Shown here: one piece after another, positions 57,698-64,000 of the stretch
How the letters are laid out: every line of letters begins with the position of its first letter
How positions within the stretch are numbered: position 1 is the stretch's first letter
Assembly: GCA_025999335.1 (NCBI GenBank)
Contig: AP024681.1
Location: forward strand, 3,414-67,413
From: Candidatus Parcubacteria bacterium
Lineage (GTDB): Bacteria; Patescibacteriota; Minisyncoccia; UBA6257; HR35
Length of the DNA stretch: 64,000 nucleotides
Direction: 5' to 3'
The notes under the pieces: model-generated
What the model saw: the letters and a program-made list of their open reading frames with translations, nothing else
Databases searched by the model: none
What the model was told of the DNA's origin: nothing
Position numbers and translations under genes: made by a program

Positions 57698-59474
57698 TAA
57701 ATTTATTTTTAAGCTTTAGTTTTATTTTAACATAAAAATTTTTAAATATAATTACAATCAAAATAATTATAATGACTAACTTCCAATCAAGAGCATATAA
57801 AAACCAATAATATGACTTTAATTCAATATTTATGTGAATACCTTCGCCTTCCCGTGCTTCAATAATATTACTTTTATAAGGATAATACCCATCAGCTTCA
57901 ACTGTTAAATAATATTTACCTTCAGGAACTAAAAATGAATAATTACCTGATTGATCAGTAAATTGAGGATTGGTTTGCAAAAATTTTTTAGCATCCCATA
58001 TTTCAAAACTTTGTTTCTGATAATTAAAAGAATATAAAGTAACTTTAGCGTTAGCAATACGCGCTTCCCTGCCGAAAATTCTTTCAAAAACATAACCTTC
58101 AGGGTCAATAACTGTAATCAAGCGTAATTCTTTAACTCCCAAATCTATTGTTTTGTATTCAACAACTGTTATAATCTCAAATTTCCCGTAAATTTTTGAA
58201 GGCAACTGGACTTTTGCTGTGTAAATACCATCATTATCGTCATCAAAATATTGAAATTCATAAACTTTAAAACCATACTCCACATTTTTAGCAAAAATAA
58301 CATTAATAAAACGTTGCCACCAAGACGTCGCTGAACCTCGATACAATAAATAACCTTTCAAACTTTTTACTTCAGATGACGGTTTGTAAACTAATAAAAG
58401 CTCTTGCTTATTTAAAACATTAATTGCCGGTAAAATTTCATTATTTTCATCTACTATTAAAAACGGCTTTATATCAAACATATCTTTATGAGTTTTAACA
58501 AAAACCAGATCTGAAGGAATTTTATCTTTATAGTCTAGAGAAAGTTTAGCAAGAGGTAAATTAACATTAAGAACTTCCCTTAAAGTCGGAATATGAATTT
58601 TGGCAATTTTTAATTTTTCTAAATTTAACAAATTATATAATCCTACATTCTGAAAAATCTTATTCACTTGCGGTAATTTTAAAGCTAATAATCTTATATT
58701 TTCCGGTAAATATATTTTTGTAAAATCAACCATTGGCTGATTATAAATAGTATAAGTAAGCTTTAAAGGTATAAATCTTATTACATTCCAACGTAAATCT
58801 ATGCTTGTTTTTAAGGCTTCTATTTCTTGTTCTCTAAAATAAGGAATTGATCTTTTAATTTTTTTAGTTATTTGTCTAGTAACCTCTTGAACTCGTTTAG
58901 TTTGTTGGCTAACAAAATTGTTTAAGTTAGCAAACAAATCTTCTATATTTTTCTTTAAAATTTCAAGAGTTGAAGAATTAATGTAAAGCACCGCCGAAGA
59001 GTTAAAATTATAATCACGACTATAAGAACCCATCACTCTGCTACCTTCAGATGTTGCCGTTGCTTTACGCCACAAAGTTTTAACTTTACAATCGGAGCAA
59101 TCAAAATTAATTTTACTATCATCTCTAACAACGATAGCATAACCTGAAAATTCTCCAGTAAAAGGATTAATTTTAACATTAGAAAAATCAATCCAACCAA
59201 TATTTTCACCCCACGCATAACCAGCTAAATTACCATCGCCATCATTAGTAACTCCAGCTGTTAAAGGCGATAAATTAATCCATCCATAGTTCATACTCCA
59301 AGCATAACCTGTTAATTTATTATCAAAAACTTGAACATTGCCATAAGTAGGCGCAAAATTAACCCATCCTAATGTTTCGCCCCAAGCATATTTATAATTT
59401 GTATCAATGCTAGCAGCAATTATAAAAAAAGCTGGTGTTATAAAAAATAGAATGATAAGAATCTTTTTTGCCAT
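57690..59474 (-). CDS. Secreted/surface protein with N-terminal Trp-rich tandem repeats, CarboxypepD_reg-like beta-sandwich and C-terminal TM anchor
   Basis: Signal peptide; repeats AWGETLGWVNFAP / GYAWSMNYGWINLSP / GYAWGENIGWIDFSN; ...GKYYLTVEADGYYPYKSNIIEA...; hydrophobic C-terminus. Confidence 0.45.
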   Translation of the reverse strand: MAKKILIILFFITPAFFIIAASIDTNYKYAWGETLGWVNFAPTYGNVQVFDNKLTGYAWSMNYGWINLSPLTAGVTNDGDGNLAGYAWGENIGWIDFSNVKINPFTGEFSGYAIVVRDDSKINFDCSDCKVKTLWRKATATSEGSRVMGSYSRDYNFNSSAVLYINSSTLEILKKNIEDLFANLNNFVSQQTKRVQEVTRQITKKIKRSIPYFREQEIEALKTSIDLRWNVIRFIPLKLTYTIYNQPMVDFTKIYLPENIRLLALKLPQVNKIFQNVGLYNLLNLEKLKIAKIHIPTLREVLNVNLPLAKLSLDYKDKIPSDLVFVKTHKDMFDIKPFLIVDENNEILPAINVLNKQELLLVYKPSSEVKSLKGYLLYRGSATSWWQRFINVIFAKNVEYGFKVYEFQYFDDDNDGIYTAKVQLPSKIYGKFEIITVVEYKTIDLGVKELRLITVIDPEGYVFERIFGREARIANAKVTLYSFNYQKQSFEIWDAKKFLQTNPQFTDQSGNYSFLVPEGKYYLTVEADGYYPYKSNIIEAREGEGIHINIELKSYYWFLYALDWKLVIIIILIVIIFKNFYVKIKLKLKNKFNE

Positions 59475-62400
59475 TATTCATTAGTCGTTATCGCTGGTTG
59501 ATTCTCTGATTGATTATTATTAATAGAACTATTAGATTCAGCATTAGAACTATTAGACGAATTATTACTAGAATTATCTTGAAAAGTATTATTGTTTATG
59601 TTAGAACTCTCTGAAGATTGATTATTAAGATTGCTTGAAGCACTATTATTGCTTGCCGGTAGGTTATTTGTTTCTTGATCAGAATTAACAGAAGATTCAG
59701 ATGTTACTGATGAAGACGAGGAAGACGAGGATGAAGAAGAGGATGGCGATGAAGAAGAGGTTGAAGTATTAGAAGTTGACGAAGACGAAGATGTTGTTGT
59801 TGATGATGGCAAATCTGATGTTGAAGAGCTGCTTGTTTGTTGAGTTTGATTATTATTAGAATTACTCACATTTCCATTATTATTACCAGAATTCCCAGAA
59901 TTATAATTATTATTGCTACTATTAAAATTATTAAGAGTTGACATATCTGAAGCATTAGAACAATTACCTTTAATCTTTTTAAGCTCGCCAGCAGCTATGT
60001 ATACGCAATAAGATTCACCAGTAATCTGATCTTTCATTTCTAAAAATTCTGTTTTTATTTTTGGTGAGATTATATAACTTGCCGATAATTGCTGAACTAT
60101 TATTTCTTTTACTGTCAATAAATTCTTTTCAATTGTTAAACCTAATGATCGTAAAGCATCAACAACATAGTATTGAATGTTTAAGAAGAAATCTTTCACT
60201 AATTGATAAAGATAAATAGGTAAACTTTCATACTTAATTCCTTCTGGGGTCCCATCTTTAAATCTTACCAATTCTGGAAATTGAGTTGCTACTTCTTCAG
60301 CAATAAACCCAACTTGTTTACCCGGCAAATTAAATGGTAAATCATTTTTAAATTCAAACTCTTTAGGAGTTAATGATAAAAATTTATCTTTATCAAAAAG
60401 TAAAGCTTGAATATTCGTTTTATAACGTAAAGATGAGGGCGTGCAAATAATTTTTCCTGAAGCATCTGCTGATAAAGAACAGTTAACGGCGTTTGTTTGT
60501 AAAATATCTCCTTGAACTGTTAACTTTGCCAAAGGCGTCGTTGTTCCAATAGCAACAGAATTTTCTGTCATTCTCATTATTTCTTCGCCTCGTTGATTTT
60601 TCAAAATTAAAGCTTGTGGCGAAATTGATGTTTCAGTTTCCACAAATCTAAATTCATTAGCAAAAACTAAGTCACCAACAGTTGTTGTTCCTGCGTAAAG
60701 ATTTGCCCATCTTCTTCCAGACGCTCCTAAACTATAAAGATTATCAGCTTCCGGTAAAATACTCCAAGCAGTTGTTGTTCCTGACACATGTAATTTTGTC
60801 GCCGGCGTCGTTGTTCCGATAGCAACAGAACTCGTTGTTATTCTCATTATTTCATTTGTATTGCTCTTAAAAATAATACTACCTTGTTTTGAAGCTGTGC
60901 TTGTACTACTCGTCCCTGCTGTTATAATAACACTACCAGCTTGATCACCACCACTATTGCCAGCAGTAATATTAATATTACCAACAGCACTTGAAAAACC
61001 GGTATCAGATGTCCTAATGGTAACGCTACCAATAGATACGGAAGAACCTGTAGCAGCTATTATAATATTTCCAGAAGTAAGACCTGGACCAGAACTAATA
61101 AGCACATCTCCTCCCTTTGAAAAGTTCGTACCACCCATACCACCAAGAATGTTAACTGAACCTCCTTTGGCTATGGTTGTAGTACTTCTGTCAACATTAC
61201 CTCCTCTAATATTAATATCACCACCTCTAGCACTACCTGAAGAAGTTGCTCCTAAAATAGTTAAATCTGCTCCTGCGGTATTAGAAGTATAAGAAGGAAG
61301 AATATTAATAGTTACATTTTTTTGAGGGCTAAAGAAAAGGTTACTATCTAAACTACTAAGCGTTACTGTAGCAAAAGTAGAAGTATTTAAAACAGTAAGA
61401 TTACCAGTTATTAAAGCATTACCTTGAACAGCAAAATTTACAATCGGACTCGTTGTTCCGATACCGACGTTGCCGCTTGAAACAGCTGAACCTGTAGCAG
61501 TATTAATTCCAGTTGCAAAAATAAGATTACCGATATTTAAGAAATTAGAAGTTGTTGTTGCCGGAGTGCCTGCTTGATAACCTATTAAGATATTTCGAGA
61601 ACCAACAGTTGGAGCAAAAACTGAATCATAGCCTGACTGATAACCAATAATAATATTTCCTGTGCCTGTGGTTAATTGATAGCCTGAAAAAGCTCCGAGT
61701 AAAGTATTATAACGATCAGCGGAGGTGTCTAAATTAAAACCAGATTGATAACCTACAGCAACGCCATAATTCATTCCTTTTGCTTGATAACCTACAGCAG
61801 CGCCACTACCAAATCCTTGAGCGCCATACCCCACTCCAACGCCATAACCAAAGCCCCATGAATCATATCCTATAGCAACACCAGAAACAATGGCTGAAGC
61901 ATTATATCCTACAGCAACACCGGAAATATAACCTTGAGCATTATATCCAATAGCAGTACCTGAACTATAACCTGCGGCACTATATCCTACAGCAACACCG
62001 GAATTGTAACCTCGAGCATTATATCCAATAGCAGTACCTGAACTATACCCCAAAGAACTATAGCCTATAGCTACCCCTGAAGACGCTGAATTAGCCCCAA
62101 TACCAACGCTTACCCCATAATCAGTGCTATAACTATTTGCGCCAATAGCTAGACCATAATTATATGAGCGAACTAAAAGCGAATTCAAAATATCTACAAA
62201 ATCAAAACTTCCCCAACCTGTATTAAGATAAACAATTTTAGCACCTTTAAAAGTTGTAAGTTTATTTATTATAGATGTAGCCCCAACTTGTTTAATAATT
62301 ATTTCACTGCTACTTGTAGGTGCTGAAACATTATAAATAACAAATGAATCGCCTTGACGAGCTGTTGCTGTTGCTAAATATACAGTTACCGATGAAGTAG

Positions 62401-63298
62401 CAACATTAAAATACTGATACATCTTATCAACCCCTGGAGTTAAAGTAATATTAGATGTTAAAGTTGCAAAATTAACATCCACGCTTAAACTATTTTTTAA
62501 ATATAAATCTCTAAAAATAACAGATGAAGAAGTATTGATATCTTGAGGTAAAGATAAAATGATATTATTACTTGAAGTATTAACATTAATCTGGTTAGCG
62601 CTGCCTAACAAATTAATTGTGCCGGTTAAATTATTTAAAGATAAAACTCCCGAATTTTCGATAACAGGCGTAGCAGTGCCAAAAATATTAATACCACTGC
62701 CGGGTATTAGTAAAGAAGACAAGTTCTTGTATTCTAAACCCGTAGCTCCAGAATTGACTGTTAATAATTGATTAGCATTACCTAAAGAACTTAAACCAGT
62801 ACCACCTGATAAAATTGATAAAGGACTATCTAAAGTTAAAAAAGAAATAGAAGTCGTTGCTAAAATTGAATTGCCATTAACTTGAAAATTAACTGCCGAA
62901 CTTGTTACACCAACACCTAATTTATCTAAAAAAAACTTACTACCTGCAAAAAATTGAGTACTTGTTGAAACTAAACCTCTGCTAGTTAAAGAAGCATCTG
63001 GTAAATAAAATATATGCTGAGAACCTGTTGAAATAATTTGAAAATCATTGCCTGTAGAAGTTACATTAAAAGATTGGGTTGAAGTGATTAAATTATTTAA
63101 AGAAACAATCGGCGGCGTAACTGTGCAATTGGTTGTTGTTGGCGCACATAAAGGATCTAATGTTTCCCCAGGCAAATAAGGACTTACAGGCGGAGCAGCA
63201 TTAACATTTAAAGCAATTAAAAAATTTAAAAATAATAGAAAAAACAATAAAAAAAGCTTACAAAAATTAATTTGTGTTAATAATTTCATTTCTAACAA
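59474..63298 (-). CDS. Giant (1274 aa) surface protein: signal peptide, long beta-rich region with Gly/Tyr-rich octad repeats, tail-fibre-type intramolecular chaperone (peptidase S74-like) domain, Ser/Asn-rich low-complexity tail
   Basis: Repeats ...GVAIGYSSLGYSSGTAIGYNARGYNSGVAVGYSAAGY...; chaperone-domain hallmark PSSLRYKTNIQAL...GFIAEEVATQFPELV...GIKYESLPIYLYQLVKD; ~230-aa S/N/T-rich C-terminus. Confidence 0.55.
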   Translation of the reverse strand: MLEMKLLTQINFCKLFLLFFLLFLNFLIALNVNAAPPVSPYLPGETLDPLCAPTTTNCTVTPPIVSLNNLITSTQSFNVTSTGNDFQIISTGSQHIFYLPDASLTSRGLVSTSTQFFAGSKFFLDKLGVGVTSSAVNFQVNGNSILATTSISFLTLDSPLSILSGGTGLSSLGNANQLLTVNSGATGLEYKNLSSLLIPGSGINIFGTATPVIENSGVLSLNNLTGTINLLGSANQINVNTSSNNIILSLPQDINTSSSVIFRDLYLKNSLSVDVNFATLTSNITLTPGVDKMYQYFNVATSSVTVYLATATARQGDSFVIYNVSAPTSSSEIIIKQVGATSIINKLTTFKGAKIVYLNTGWGSFDFVDILNSLLVRSYNYGLAIGANSYSTDYGVSVGIGANSASSGVAIGYSSLGYSSGTAIGYNARGYNSGVAVGYSAAGYSSGTAIGYNAQGYISGVAVGYNASAIVSGVAIGYDSWGFGYGVGVGYGAQGFGSGAAVGYQAKGMNYGVAVGYQSGFNLDTSADRYNTLLGAFSGYQLTTGTGNIIIGYQSGYDSVFAPTVGSRNILIGYQAGTPATTTSNFLNIGNLIFATGINTATGSAVSSGNVGIGTTSPIVNFAVQGNALITGNLTVLNTSTFATVTLSSLDSNLFFSPQKNVTINILPSYTSNTAGADLTILGATSSGSARGGDINIRGGNVDRSTTTIAKGGSVNILGGMGGTNFSKGGDVLISSGPGLTSGNIIIAATGSSVSIGSVTIRTSDTGFSSAVGNINITAGNSGGDQAGSVIITAGTSSTSTASKQGSIIFKSNTNEIMRITTSSVAIGTTTPATKLHVSGTTTAWSILPEADNLYSLGASGRRWANLYAGTTTVGDLVFANEFRFVETETSISPQALILKNQRGEEIMRMTENSVAIGTTTPLAKLTVQGDILQTNAVNCSLSADASGKIICTPSSLRYKTNIQALLFDKDKFLSLTPKEFEFKNDLPFNLPGKQVGFIAEEVATQFPELVRFKDGTPEGIKYESLPIYLYQLVKDFFLNIQYYVVDALRSLGLTIEKNLLTVKEIIVQQLSASYIISPKIKTEFLEMKDQITGESYCVYIAAGELKKIKGNCSNASDMSTLNNFNSSNNNYNSGNSGNNNGNVSNSNNNQTQQTSSSSTSDLPSSTTTSSSSSTSNTSTSSSSPSSSSSSSSSSSSVTSESSVNSDQETNNLPASNNSASSNLNNQSSESSNINNNTFQDNSSNNSSNSSNAESNSSINNNQSENQPAITTNE

Positions 63299-63367
63299 AA
63301 ATATTGTTTAAATAAAACATATCTCTTTTACTTATTATTTAAATTATATCAATAAAATATATAAAAA

Positions 63368-64000
63368 TTAAAAATTTTTTGTTAATTCTTCGGGTGCATC
63401 AGGTTCAATGTTATAATAATTTATCAAAAACTCTGCAATTTTTTTAAAAGTCGGCGCTGCTGTTCCAAAAGCTAATAAACCTTTATCTGGTTTATCCAAA
63501 CGAACTAATACAATATACAACGGATTGCTTGCTGGTAAAAAACCGATAAAATTAGTAATAACTTGATCACTATACCCTGACATACCATTTATGCTCATTT
63601 TAGAGTAAGGTAATAAAGCGGATCCAGTTTTGCCAGCAACATTATAACCACTAATACGCGCTTTTTTAGCTTGATTTTTTATTACACCTTCTAAAATTGG
63701 CATTATTGTATTTAAAGTTTTATCATCAAGGATATTATTAGAAATAATTTGCGGCTCGTTTTTGATAACAGAGCTATTAGGCAAAATAATTTTATTCACA
63801 AAATTAAGCTTCACTAAAGAACCTCTGTTAGCAAAAACATTAAAACTTTGAATTAAATTTAAAGGCGACAAACTAATCCCCTGTCCAAAGCTAGCTGTAC
63901 CAAAATTAGCATTCCTACCCGGATTGGATAAATTATTAAAATTAGGTTTCTCTAAAATAGGAAAATCAACTTCGGCAATTTGATTTAAACGAAATAGATT
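63368..64000 (-). CDS. Penicillin-binding protein transpeptidase domain, C-terminal part (gene continues beyond the window end)
   Basis: KTGS motif (AGKTGSALL) and typical upstream FGTASFGQGISLSPLNLIQ; reading frame open to nt 64000 (the ORF-track start at 63871 is a TTG inside the frame). Confidence 0.7.
   Translation of the reverse strand, partial: NLFRLNQIAEVDFPILEKPNFNNLSNPGRNANFGTASFGQGISLSPLNLIQSFNVFANRGSLVKLNFVNKIILPNSSVIKNEPQIISNNILDDKTLNTIMPILEGVIKNQAKKARISGYNVAGKTGSALLPYSKMSINGMSGYSDQVITNFIGFLPASNPLYIVLVRLDKPDKGLLAFGTAAPTFKKIAEFLINYYNIEPDAPEELTKNF

Noticed and set aside
60957-61292. 111-aa and 70-aa + strand ORFs (60957..61292, 62559..62771) antisense to the giant surface-protein gene
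   Set aside because: Embedded antisense in a long, well-supported ORF; Pro/Leu-rich translation from the Gly/Ser-rich opposite strand

Overview
The window is a 64 kb, visibly AT-rich and densely packed bacterial chromosomal segment. Genes are short, often overlap by 4-35 nt, and lie mostly co-directional within blocks. By inference only, the content looks like a small-genome, Patescibacteria/CPR-like or other reduced bacterium.

Gene content is mostly housekeeping. Translation and core functions: metK, gdh, ppsA, eno, pheS/pheT, rel, uvrB, gatB, an N-terminally truncated prfB, ftsEX, ndk, rpmF, nusB, rnc, cca, murC, rmuC, gap, pcm, rpe, rpiB, dgkA, uppP, mltG, a Kef-type antiporter and a partial PBP. 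A metal ABC importer triad and four tRNAs (initiator-like Met-CAT, Arg-TCT, Gly-CCC, Ser-GCT) are present. Accessory content comprises a frameshifted orphan type I RM hsdS, a hicB-hicA toxin-antitoxin pair, and a type IV pilus block (pilB, pilC, several prepilin-like genes including a 576-aa one, a ParB-like gene). It also includes a VirD4/TraG-like ATPase, two tandem paralogous secreted PD40-like beta-propeller repeat proteins (one frameshifted), and a 1274-aa surface protein.

The most unusual signal is a set of short, GC-enriched, palindromic elements inserted in frame into conserved housekeeping genes (gdh, eno, pcm, rpe). Three of the four are clearly homologous to each other at nucleotide and peptide level (GCGAAC/GTTCGC-rich). 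The fourth, in gdh, is a 168-nt element with perfect 10-bp terminal inverted repeats. This is analogous to Rickettsia palindromic elements. No CRISPR array, rRNA gene, or transposase/integrase was seen.
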